The notes under the pieces are model-generated. The model had not been told where the DNA came from. It ran no database searches and worked only from the letters and a program-made list of their open reading frames with translations. The translations under genes were made by a program, and so were the position numbers. This document shows, one piece after another, positions 10,861-20,592 of a stretch of DNA of 64,000 nt. This DNA is from Gammaproteobacteria bacterium. GTDB taxonomy: Bacteria > Pseudomonadota > Gammaproteobacteria > CAJXQU01. Positions within the stretch are counted from its first letter, which is position 1. The number at the start of each line of letters is the position of its first letter. Location: NCBI GenBank assembly GCA_965238175.1, contig CBDEGZ010000003.1, positions 2,880,001 through 2,944,000 of the forward strand, read 5' to 3'.

Positions 10861-12086
10861 TGTAGAAATTCAGATTTGATCTGACAGTTACCCAATTATC
10901 AGTAACCGACTGTCAGGTTAAGTTTAATTCACAAACTTTTCCTTCCAGATAGCTTGTCCGTCGATGAGTGTTTCCATCGGCGTCCTCCCGCAGCACATTT
11001 TGCCTTGGTGAGTTCGTTGAGTATTGTATTTGAGCAACCATTCGTCAAGGTCGAGTTGCAGTTCATCAATCGATTGGTAAATTTTCTTACGCAAAGCGAC
11101 TTGATAAAACTCATTGAGGATCGTCTTATGGAATCGCTCACAAATACCATTCGTCTGAGGTGATTTGACCTTGGTTTTGGTGTGTTCGATATTGTTCAAC
11201 GCCATATAAAGCTGATAATCATGCTGGTCAGCTCGCCCACAATACTCCGTCCCTCTATCTGTCAAAATGCGCAACATAGGCAAACGTTGTTCTTCGTAGA
11301 ATGGGAGGACGCGGTCATTGAGCATGTCAGCTGCCGTAATCGGTGTTTTAGTCGGGTACAGTTTCGCGTGAGCGACCTTGCTGTAAGTATCAACAAACGT
11401 TTGTTGATAAACCCGACCAATGCCTTTGAAAGTACCGACATAGTAAGTATCTTGCGAGCCAAGATAACCAGGGTGTGCCGTCTCTATCTCGCCACAAGCC
11501 TCATCGTCGTCTTTTTTGCGTTCCATCGCCGCGACTTGAGACTCAGTGAGGATCAAGCCTTCACCAGCTACCTTATCAGACAATGCCTTCAGGCGATCTT
11601 TAAAGCAAGCAAGACCATGACGAAGCCAGATACAACGAACGCCACTGGGTGAGACAAATGTTCCCCGTTTGCGCAGCTCGTTACTGGTGCGCGTTTGACC
11701 ATGTGCGGGCTCTTCCAGTGCATACTCGAGCACAACGGTTTCAATAGCCGGGTCGATTCTGTTTTTAAGATTTGGGGTACGCCGATTACGATCAAACAAG
11801 GCTTCTACACCGCCTTCATCAGCCGCTTCTTTGTAGCGATAAAATGTATCTCTGGACAAACCCATCATCTTGCAGGCTTTTGAGACATTGCCGAGTTCTT
11901 CAGCGAGATTGAGTAGACCAACTTTATGTTTTATAACTTTGTCATTAGTATGAATCATGAGAGTTACCTCTTTGTGTTTTGATGTTTACGTTGCAGTTAC
12001 ATCAAAGCGGGTAACTCTCACTAAATCAAGCGTCGCTACGCTCCGCTTGATTTAGTGATGTGTCAGATTGGGTCTAAACTTCTACA
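10861..12086 (-). mobile_element. IS481-family insertion sequence, apparently intact
   Basis: TGT...ACA ends with 26-bp imperfect IRs (10861-10886, 12061-12086); direct repeat CTTAACC at 10854-10860 and 12087-12093. Confidence 0.9.
10924..11958 (-). CDS. IS481-family DDE transposase
   Basis: N-terminal HTH, then QDT..., LTDRGTEYCG, QTNGICERFH integrase core. Confidence 0.93.
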   Translation of the reverse strand: MIHTNDKVIKHKVGLLNLAEELGNVSKACKMMGLSRDTFYRYKEAADEGGVEALFDRNRRTPNLKNRIDPAIETVVLEYALEEPAHGQTRTSNELRKRGTFVSPSGVRCIWLRHGLACFKDRLKALSDKVAGEGLILTESQVAAMERKKDDDEACGEIETAHPGYLGSQDTYYVGTFKGIGRVYQQTFVDTYSKVAHAKLYPTKTPITAADMLNDRVLPFYEEQRLPMLRILTDRGTEYCGRADQHDYQLYMALNNIEHTKTKVKSPQTNGICERFHKTILNEFYQVALRKKIYQSIDELQLDLDEWLLKYNTQRTHQGKMCCGRTPMETLIDGQAIWKEKFVN

Positions 12087-12148
12087 CTTAACCTGACAGT
12101 TGGTTGCTGATAAACGAGCAACCGTCAGATCGAGTCTGAACTCCTAGA
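12087..12148 (+). repeat. Degenerate relic of an IS481 end
   Basis: 50/62 identity (hand alignment) to the reverse complement of 10861-10922. Confidence 0.75.
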
Positions 12149-12198
12149 CCTGATCTTAGCCAGTCTCTCGGCTTAGCGATCTCTTAACTCAACTATGA

Positions 12199-13134
12199 CT
12201 ATGGTTTGTCGATAGCGTCAGCCAATAACTTCCTTTCAGAGGTTTCCTCGTTATCTTCAGCAATAATGACTCGGTTGCGTCCTTGCTCCTTTGCTTGATA
12301 GACAGCAATATCTGCTCTTTTTAACAACTCTTCAAAAGTTTCCTTACCAGAACTATATTGTGCTAAACCTATGCTTACTGTCACCAAAATATTTTCTGGG
12401 GTTAACTCCTCAATTGCTCGGCGAATATTCTCTGCTTTTAATTTAGCGCCATCGGCTTCTGTATGATCAAGGACAACCACAAATTCTTCCCCACCAAAAC
12501 GAGCAACGATATCTTCAGTACGAGTTACCTCCATCAATAACTTTGCAACTGCTTTTAGAACCTCATCCCCGATTAGGTGCCCATGCTGATCATTAATCAA
12601 TTTAAAGTAATCAATGTCCATCATTAATAAACTAAGTTCATGCTTATGCCGCTTGGCAAAAGCAATTTTATGATGTGCCTCTTCAAGTAAGTAGAACCTG
12701 TTATATAGATCTGTCAGTTGATCGCGTAAAGCCATTGTCTTCAACTTATCACGCTGTTGCTTCAGAGTGACGTGTGTATCCACTCGAGCCAATACAATCG
12801 CTGGTCGAACAGGTTTAGTAATATAATCTACCGCCCCAAGTTGCAACCCTTTTTCTTCATCAGCATCCCCATCTTTTCCGGTGACGAATATTATTGGGGT
12901 CAACTCCGTTTTGCTATAACTCTTTAAACTTCGACAAACGGTGTAACCATCCATATTTGGCATTTCAATATCGAGCAAAATCAAATCAGGTATGAACTGG
13001 TTTTGGATCAAATCCAGGCATTGCTGCCCAGAAGTCGCAACTTTGATCACATACTTTTGTTTCAAACAAGCTGCGAGTAGTTGGATGTTTGTAGACTCAT
13101 CATCAACGATAAGTACTGTAGGCTTATCTGTCAC
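12199..13134 (-). CDS. REC-GGDEF diguanylate cyclase response regulator
   Basis: VDD...LLDIEMP receiver; RTED I-site; RFGGEEF active site. Confidence 0.93.
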   Translation of the reverse strand: MTDKPTVLIVDDESTNIQLLAACLKQKYVIKVATSGQQCLDLIQNQFIPDLILLDIEMPNMDGYTVCRSLKSYSKTELTPIIFVTGKDGDADEEKGLQLGAVDYITKPVRPAIVLARVDTHVTLKQQRDKLKTMALRDQLTDLYNRFYLLEEAHHKIAFAKRHKHELSLLMMDIDYFKLINDQHGHLIGDEVLKAVAKLLMEVTRTEDIVARFGGEEFVVVLDHTEADGAKLKAENIRRAIEELTPENILVTVSIGLAQYSSGKETFEELLKRADIAVYQAKEQGRNRVIIAEDNEETSERKLLADAIDKP

Positions 13135-13150
13135 TTGGATAGCTCCATAT

Positions 13151-16100
13151 TTAAGTTTGTTCGTTTGATGTATTTATACTGAGCTCGAAGTTTTCTAGCT
13201 CGGCAATTTCATTTAACGTATCTAATGCATCGCTGTTTTTAAATTGATTAATTTGATTTACTAACTGTTCTAATAGACTTCTTAAAATAGGGCTACCATT
13301 AACCTTTCCAAGTGATTCCAGCTCTTGTGGATCAATATAATCACTCGATTCCAATCGATTCCCTAACTGTTGGAGCAAAGGCACGCACTCACTAATACTG
13401 ATCGTTAATGCTTTCACTGATGTATTATCGGTGCGCTCCATTTTATAACGCATGAAATGACTCAAGAGTTGCTCGCACGCTTGATCCATTTCAGGAAGTA
13501 AACTTAATATCTGGGCTTTATCTTCCTTCTCTGCAGCAGACTCCATATTAGCCGCATGATATTGCAACGATACACCACCGACATTACCCGTCACACCCTT
13601 TATAGAATGTGCGAGGCGTCGTAGATGATCAAAATCATTATCATCTACTGCTTGTTTAATTTCCTCAAATTGTACTGGCAGATCATTTAGACAAGCATTT
13701 ACTACCCTATTTAAAAGTTCTTCATCTCCCAACAGACGTTTAAGTGCTGCATCACTATCCCATACAACAATAGTTTGATCAGACGTTTTTTGTTCCATAT
13801 TTGATGCTATTTTTTCAACCGTTTCTGACGATTTATTTACTAAGTAACTTTGAATTTTCGTTAGTAATTTCTCAGGTTCAATTGGCTTAGCCAAATAATC
13901 ATCCATACCTGCATTAATACATTTTTCACGAATACCTGTCATTACATTAGCAGTCATCGCAATGATTGGAATATTCTTATTGAATTCACCCGCATCACCA
14001 GAACGAATTATTCGAGTTGCTTCATAGCCATCCATTTCGGGCATTTCACAATCCATTAACACCAAGCTATAGGGCTGCTTTTTAGTTGTCTGATGTAGAC
14101 AATCAACTGCTTCCAGGCCATTAATAGCAATATCTGCATGCAAACCCATTTGCGTTAACAATCCTGTTGCAACCAATTGATTTATTTTATTATCTTCGAC
14201 CAATAACACCCTCGTGTTTAAAGGCCAGTTTACTTTTTCCTCACTTTTATCAGTTTCTTTACCGTGTGCTAAGGATTTAAGATAATGCCTGGTCACCAGT
14301 GGTTGAGCATTTTTTAGCGCATCCCCACCTTCAGCGACAACTGACAGTGCATCGAATAGATCGGCTGTTGTTGCAGGTTTAGGAAAATAAATGCTGAAAC
14401 CTATTTCTGCAAATTCACGTGCATCACCTTGACGTCCTATTGACGTCATAATCGCTAGCTTCATATCGTTGAACCGAGGATCAGCCCTAAGTTGTCTACC
14501 TAATTCATCGCCGTTCATATCAACCATATGCATATCTAAAAATGCAATGTCGAAAAACTTCATATCTGTCCGCCGAAATCGCTCATCGCAAATAACGAGT
14601 GCCTGTTTCGCACTATCGGCTTCTACAACATTGGCTCCCCAGTGTTCAAGTTGGTGCCGTAGTACATGTCGATTAGTCACATTATCATCAACCACTAACA
14701 AGGTTAAGGATTTCATATCTACTTGAGGGATTACTTGAACTGACTGGTCACTTTTTTCCAACACCACGTTAAATTCAAAGCAACTGCCTTTTCCAACTTC
14801 ACTACTTGCCTTGACATCCCCTCCCATTACACAACAAAGCTTTTTGACAATTGACAACCCTAACCCTGTACCACCAAACTTACGCGTTGTTGAAGCATCA
14901 ACCTGACTAAACGATTCAAATAAATATGGTATTTTATCTGCTGGGATGCCAATACCAGTATCTGAAACTTCACAATTTAGATTCCAAAATATCCCTTCAG
15001 AATCATCTAAAGTCTCTTTTAAAGATATCCGGATTAGTACTTCGCCGCCTTCTGCTGTGAACTTAATCGCATTGCTAACAAGGTTAGTTAATACTTGTCT
15101 TATACGACCGGGATCGCCCTTGACCATCATTTGATCAATGTCAGTCAAATCGAGTATCAATTCCAGGTCTTTGTTTTGCGCCTGAAACGCCATTGCTTCA
15201 GCAAAACTCCCAAGCATATCGGATAAGTTAAAATCGATCATCTCTAGATCTAACTTACCAGCTTCAACCTTGGAAAAATCAAGAATGTCGTTGATCAAAC
15301 CCAGTAAAGACTCAGCGCTCTTTTGAGCAATACTTGCCCGATAGTGTTGCTCATGATCTAATTCAGAACTTAGTAAAAGACCCAACATCCCCAACACACC
15401 ATTCATAGGGGTTCGAATTTCATGACTCATACTGGCCAAAAATTCGCTTTTTGCCTGTACTGCTTGCTCAGCCTCAACTTTAGCCTCAATCAACGCATCT
15501 TCATTCAATTTGCTTTGGGTAATATCAGTACGAATTGAAATATATCTTTCAGGTCCATCGTCTCCTATAAATGGAACAATGGTGGTGTCTACCCAATAAA
15601 TTTCCCCGGCCTTGTTATGGTTACAGATCTCACTGTGCCAGGTCTCACCGTTTGCTATCTTTTGGAACATATTCGAGAAAAAAGTTTTATCATGGTAGCC
15701 AGAATTAAGTATGCGATGATTTTGACCTAGTAACTCTTCTCGACTATAACCACTGATATCACAGAATTTGTCATTCACAAAAGTGATCGCACCCTTACCA
15801 TCCGTCACTGCAACGATTGCATGCTGGTCGATGGCAAATTTTTGATCTGCTAGCTCCATTAATGCCTGACGTGATTCTAGCTCACTATTTTTCAGCGATT
15901 TTTCATAAATCTGACGAGTTTCTAGCATGCGATTGAATGACAATGCTAACTGCCCGATTTCATCATTTGTTCTTACTTTTAGAATCGGCCAACTATCACC
16001 CGACGCCGCCTTATCACTAGCACTGGCTAATTCTATAATTGGTAGCGTAATTCGACGAGATAGATAAATGGCCAAACAGATTAGAGCACAGGTTAATAAA

Positions 16101-17131
16101 ACCACAGAAAAGAAAATATCTCTCTGCAGCAAACGAATAAGTGCTAATGCCTCACTCTTATTTACTTCGGTAACTAGTAACCATTTAGTATCAAGAAAGT
16201 TCAATCTTTCCTGCATACCCAGTACTAAGTCACCTCTTGGGCCGATATACTCATAGATATTGGACTTAGCTTCAGACCTGTTTGTTTGTTCTACCTGTTG
16301 AAAATAATCTAATTTGATAGTTTTCTTCAACACTTCATTCCTAAATTGATTACCAATAGGTGAGAGTAGAAGACCATTTTCATCGACTAAATAATGAGCG
16401 AGAGACGTCGTCTCTGTGGTTTGGGTCTCTAATAACTCATTTATTCGATCTATTCGTAACTGGATTGCGTAAACCCCGATCTTTTCTCCTGCCGCACTTC
16501 GAAGTAAGCCCGTGATGAACCCAGCGATGATGTTGTCAGAAGGTGCATAACGCTCCAGGCCAGAAAATTGCGTCTTCCCCGTTTCTTGTGTCAAACGAAC
16601 AGCTGAGGCAAAAGCCGTTTGTGAGTATGGACCATTCTGAAGATTCGTGCCCAAATCATCTTCTTTAGCCTCGCTATATAGGATATTGCTCTCATTGTCG
16701 ATCAAAAACAGATCATAGATGTAGTCATAATCACGAATCAAATTAGCCAAATTATTTGCTGAACTCTCCATCCGTTTTGCCCAATCATAACTTTTCACAT
16801 ATTGCGAAATCGGTCGCTGGCTCTGCTTTAATCCTTCAGCAAGTTTCATTAATAGTGCTGCATTACTTTTTGATTCTACCTGAACTTGCATATCCATTAG
16901 ACGGTAATCGAACCAGCTTCTTATGAAATTAACACTTAATTTCGATGTATTATTCACTTCATCTTGAGCAATTTTGATCAGATTATCACGAGTCTGGTAA
17001 TAGCTACTAAATGACATCAAGCCAAGTGGCATTAATCCCATCATGAGAAACCACAAAATCAAACTTTTGCGTATTGAAGTTGGTTTTTTATTAAATCCAG
17101 CCTCTATATCGACGATGTCAATATTATTCAT
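13151..17131 (-). CDS. Hybrid sensor histidine kinase (periplasmic sensor-HAMP-PAS-HisKA-HATPase-REC-REC-Hpt)
   Basis: Two TM helices, [22 protein letters not shown], two receivers, AHSIKG Hpt motif. Confidence 0.93.
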   Translation of the reverse strand: MNNIDIVDIEAGFNKKPTSIRKSLILWFLMMGLMPLGLMSFSSYYQTRDNLIKIAQDEVNNTSKLSVNFIRSWFDYRLMDMQVQVESKSNAALLMKLAEGLKQSQRPISQYVKSYDWAKRMESSANNLANLIRDYDYIYDLFLIDNESNILYSEAKEDDLGTNLQNGPYSQTAFASAVRLTQETGKTQFSGLERYAPSDNIIAGFITGLLRSAAGEKIGVYAIQLRIDRINELLETQTTETTSLAHYLVDENGLLLSPIGNQFRNEVLKKTIKLDYFQQVEQTNRSEAKSNIYEYIGPRGDLVLGMQERLNFLDTKWLLVTEVNKSEALALIRLLQRDIFFSVVLLTCALICLAIYLSRRITLPIIELASASDKAASGDSWPILKVRTNDEIGQLALSFNRMLETRQIYEKSLKNSELESRQALMELADQKFAIDQHAIVAVTDGKGAITFVNDKFCDISGYSREELLGQNHRILNSGYHDKTFFSNMFQKIANGETWHSEICNHNKAGEIYWVDTTIVPFIGDDGPERYISIRTDITQSKLNEDALIEAKVEAEQAVQAKSEFLASMSHEIRTPMNGVLGMLGLLLSSELDHEQHYRASIAQKSAESLLGLINDILDFSKVEAGKLDLEMIDFNLSDMLGSFAEAMAFQAQNKDLELILDLTDIDQMMVKGDPGRIRQVLTNLVSNAIKFTAEGGEVLIRISLKETLDDSEGIFWNLNCEVSDTGIGIPADKIPYLFESFSQVDASTTRKFGGTGLGLSIVKKLCCVMGGDVKASSEVGKGSCFEFNVVLEKSDQSVQVIPQVDMKSLTLLVVDDNVTNRHVLRHQLEHWGANVVEADSAKQALVICDERFRRTDMKFFDIAFLDMHMVDMNGDELGRQLRADPRFNDMKLAIMTSIGRQGDAREFAEIGFSIYFPKPATTADLFDALSVVAEGGDALKNAQPLVTRHYLKSLAHGKETDKSEEKVNWPLNTRVLLVEDNKINQLVATGLLTQMGLHADIAINGLEAVDCLHQTTKKQPYSLVLMDCEMPEMDGYEATRIIRSGDAGEFNKNIPIIAMTANVMTGIREKCINAGMDDYLAKPIEPEKLLTKIQSYLVNKSSETVEKIASNMEQKTSDQTIVVWDSDAALKRLLGDEELLNRVVNACLNDLPVQFEEIKQAVDDNDFDHLRRLAHSIKGVTGNVGGVSLQYHAANMESAAEKEDKAQILSLLPEMDQACEQLLSHFMRYKMERTDNTSVKALTISISECVPLLQQLGNRLESSDYIDPQELESLGKVNGSPILRSLLEQLVNQINQFKNSDALDTLNEIAELENFELSINTSNEQT

Positions 17132-17430
17132 CGTGAAACAAACCGATTATGTTCAAAAGGCAGATATAAAGGATGACGTTTTTGATCAGATCTAGTTAAA
17201 TGCAAGCATCTTTTATAACAACTAGATAAGGTTGCATCATGGGAAAGAAGGCTTGGACAGTACGAAAGAACTAACAAGACTACACTTTGAAAGCGTCTAT
17301 AGATAACAAGCTGTATTAGAAGAACATTAGTGTCGTACATAATTCCCCACATGGTCGTTTGCTGTTTTCAAGTCTAAAATGAATTGAATAGCATAAAACA
17401 TGCCTAAGGGAGCAACAAAACTACTTAATC

Positions 17431-17495
17431 TGATGTGATGGTCTCCTCACTTACGACATCTTGGTGCCATAATTGAACTGCTATAAACACAATCA
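17431..17495 (+). mobile_element. Orphan left end of an IS1111-type element
   Basis: TGATGTGATGGTCTCCTC...GGTGCCAT..TTGAACTG...ACACAATCA closely matches the left end at 32243-32309. Confidence 0.8.
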
Positions 17496-18247
17496 CAATA
17501 GGATGTACACAGACGCGTATCTGCCATTGTGGAAGCCTGAGCTATCGCCCAAGCGACAAAACAACCCCGCCGCACCAATTTCACCGACGCCTTCAAGTGC
17601 CATCAAACGGCGACAGGGATCAGAGTGGGTAGCTTGCTGGCGGAGTAATTTATCAACGGCATTAAGTTGTCTTTCTGTCCCCAACCATTGTGTCCCAAGC
17701 AGTTCAAACAGTGTTTTGTTCACCTTGGGTAAGGCTTCATTATCAGGTACTAACAAGAGGTCTATTCCCTAGCGTAAAGATTTCTTGCCCACCCCAAGTA
17801 CAAAACCATACTCATACAACAATGCATGAAGATGATTACTCATTTGGGTCAAGGATTTGTCCAGAAGGCGTCTTGATGTCTGTAATGCTTGTAGGTTTTG
17901 TTGCTCAACCGTCATTACCCGGCAGAAAGTCATGTTCGGTTGACGAACCGCCACGGCGATACCGATGGCGTCATTGGCATCCGTTTTTTGTTTACCGATA
18001 AAGGGTTTTACTTTCTTGGGTGGCATACCACGAACAATATGGCCGTGTTTTCGTGCAATGCGTCCCCAGTAATGAAAACTACCACAGTCTTCCATGGCCA
18101 CAATACAGGGGGAGAGTTGGCCAATATTTCTTTAGCCTTGGCAGGTAAGACTGGCTTGTTGAAAAATATTTCGCCGACAGGACTGACTTTACTGATTTGA
18201 ATAACACGTTTTGCAAGATCCAGTGAAATAACATTATGCTTGATCAT
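17493..18247 (-). pseudogene. IS110-family transposase pseudogene (frameshifted, 3'-truncated)
   Basis: Split across three ORFs: ISLDLAK / MEDCG..HYWGR..KTDANDA / GVGEIGA..FHNGR; ends before the SSGGK motif; left-end-like GATGTATGGACACC near 18305. Confidence 0.88.
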
Positions 18248-18440
18248 GTATGGGCTCCTTTGGTTACTCCACGCTACTTCTTCGGTAGGGTGGTGGTGTC
18301 CATACATCGAGTTCGGATTACTTAAGAATCGTATAAATATTCGATCCGAACCTTGAGATATCAAGATCCGGATCGATTGGATTTTTCTAGCATTTACGGT
18401 TTTTGATTAAAAGATCAAAAATAAAAACCTTTGGTGACTA

Positions 18441-18944
18441 TCAATCAGAATGATTTCCACAGCGCTTCATTAGTAAGTGATCAAGACTCAACTTACCACC
18501 GCCTCTAAATAATAGTGGTAAGAACATCACCAAGTATAATAAGGGAAGCTTATAATTTCCGAAACCCTTATTTGAGATTGAATAGCCTTGTAATAATTCA
18601 GAAAAAGTTGTCCATTGTTCTGGCCAATGAACACTGGCAATTGCAATAATCGTTACTACGATCAATGAAACACTCGCAAACCTTGTGAACAAACCAAATA
18701 ACAAAAGCACTGCACCAATTAGTTCGCCCCACATTGCTAGATTCCAGTTAACCTCTGCGGAAAGTATGCTAAAAGGAAATGGGAACATATCGGCAGAAAA
18801 CCAGTTCTCACCTTTATATTTCATCACCCCAGCTTCCCAAAACTCCCATGCCAGAATGATCCGTAAAGCCAGCTGTGGTAACCAATCCCCAAACCAGTTA
18901 AGTAGTCGTATAACGCTACACCCTATGGACATGATCGCTTTCAT
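18441..18944 (-). CDS. DoxX-family membrane protein (HvfX-like)
   Basis: LRIILAWEFWEAG..K, GLFTR, VHW, GNYKLPLLY, GGGKLSLD. Confidence 0.85.
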   Translation of the reverse strand: MKAIMSIGCSVIRLLNWFGDWLPQLALRIILAWEFWEAGVMKYKGENWFSADMFPFPFSILSAEVNWNLAMWGELIGAVLLLFGLFTRFASVSLIVVTIIAIASVHWPEQWTTFSELLQGYSISNKGFGNYKLPLLYLVMFLPLLFRGGGKLSLDHLLMKRCGNHSD

Positions 18945-19048
18945 TATTACCCTCCTATTATTCAGTTATTTTTTATTAGAGAACAAACCAATTTTCTTAA
19001 CACCCTAGTTCATTCAGCATCAGTAGACAACTGTCAGGAGGTTTGGTT

Positions 19049-20545
19049 TCAAATTGGTTTTTTTATTGGTACAACTTCAGGAAATAACTCATTCAATGGT
19101 TTCGAATATCCACTCGGCATAACGATCCGTGCATGGTGACGTTGGAACTGTCTTGGTGCTTTTACGCCACAAGCATGTGCGATCATTCCTACTTCGTGAA
19201 CCATATTACTCGCATAACTACAAACACGTTCAGCTTTATCCGACGGAACAAGTCCACGTTGTAATTTTTTATCATGCGTTGTGATACCTGTTGGGCATGT
19301 GTTCTTATTACATTGAAGTGCTTGAATACAACCGAGTGCAAACATAAACCCACGTGCTGAAGTAATAAAATCCGCACCTGCACAGAGCGCCCAGGCAACA
19401 TCTGCGGGAGTGATCAATTTACCAGAAGCAATAACTCTTATTCGTCCACGTAGACCATAAGTATTCAACTTATCGACGACTAATGGTAATGACTCTCGTA
19501 AAGGCATGCCCATATCATCGATAAGCGGTAACGGAGCGGCACCTGTACCGCCTTCAGCTCCATCAACAGTAATAAAATCTGGTGCAAATTCTACACCACG
19601 TTTTCTTATCTTGATAAATAATGAATCCAGCCAACCTGCCTCACCAATCACGGCTTTAAAACCGACAGGTTTACCCGTCACTTCTCGGATATGTTGAATA
19701 ACATCTAATAGCTCTTCATCATTTCGAATATCCTGATGACGATTAGGACTAATTGCATCTTTGCCTTTTTCTACACCTCGAACCGCGGCAATCTCAGCGG
19801 TGATCTTCGCACCGGGAACAATCCCACCTTTTCCTGGTTTCGCGCCCTGACTTAATTTGATCTCAAACATTCGTACTTGTTCATGAGCTGCTACTTCTCG
19901 CAACTTCTGATCAGACAAATTTCCTTGCGTATCACGAACACCATTTTTTGCCGTCCCTATCTGAAAAACCAGATCTGCATTTCCGGAAAGGTGATGTTCA
20001 AATAAACCACCCTCCCCTGTATTCATCCAGCATCCTGCCAGCGCAGCACCTTTTGAAAGCGCACGTACTGCAGGTTTTGATAATGCACCATAACTCATTC
20101 CCGAGATATTAAATAACGAGGCTGTTTTGTACGGTGTTCTGCAATCTTCCCCAATGACAACAACCTCTGGTTCAACCGCATCTTCTTTTAATGTTGGATA
20201 GGGACAGTTAGTAAAAAGTACCGTTCCTGGAATTTGTAGATCTCTTGATGAACCAAAAGCCACTGTTGTATCAACATTTTTAGCAGATCGATAACACCAG
20301 GAACGTTGTGTTCGATTGAAAGGCATTTCTTCGCGATCCATCGAGAAAAAATATTGTCGAAAGAATTCACCCATATGTTCGAAAAAATATCGGAAACGAC
20401 CAACAACGGGATAATTTCGACGAATTGCCTGTTTGGTTTGAGTTATGTCGGATATGTACATCACAACAACTGAAACGATTACAAATACGATCAAAAATAG
20501 AATCAAACCAACGGAAATTTGAAGGAAAGTGTTCATCAAGTCCAT
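19049..20545 (-). CDS. FMN-binding glutamate synthase family protein
   Basis: SGMSYGALS, NTGEGG, EIKLSQGAKPGKGG, GCIQALQCNKNTCPTG. Confidence 0.92.
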   Translation of the reverse strand: MDLMNTFLQISVGLILFLIVFVIVSVVVMYISDITQTKQAIRRNYPVVGRFRYFFEHMGEFFRQYFFSMDREEMPFNRTQRSWCYRSAKNVDTTVAFGSSRDLQIPGTVLFTNCPYPTLKEDAVEPEVVVIGEDCRTPYKTASLFNISGMSYGALSKPAVRALSKGAALAGCWMNTGEGGLFEHHLSGNADLVFQIGTAKNGVRDTQGNLSDQKLREVAAHEQVRMFEIKLSQGAKPGKGGIVPGAKITAEIAAVRGVEKGKDAISPNRHQDIRNDEELLDVIQHIREVTGKPVGFKAVIGEAGWLDSLFIKIRKRGVEFAPDFITVDGAEGGTGAAPLPLIDDMGMPLRESLPLVVDKLNTYGLRGRIRVIASGKLITPADVAWALCAGADFITSARGFMFALGCIQALQCNKNTCPTGITTHDKKLQRGLVPSDKAERVCSYASNMVHEVGMIAHACGVKAPRQFQRHHARIVMPSGYSKPLNELFPEVVPIKKPI

Positions 20546-20592
20546 AATACTTTTCTCTGTAATTAAGTGCTATCTATAACTTCTAATTTTTT

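Noticed and set aside
10861-12148. A larger IS481 with 62-bp IRs
   Set aside because: The ACA end at 12086 and the flanking CTTAACC duplication define the shorter element; the outer copy ends in AGA with no matching duplication
17128-17352. 74-aa ORF upstream of the hybrid kinase
   Set aside because: No recognisable motif or RBS; probably promoter region
18343-18374. Imperfect palindrome beginning ATCCGAAC next to the IS110 relic
   Set aside because: Resembles the target motif only over 8 nt; could be a doxX terminator or chance
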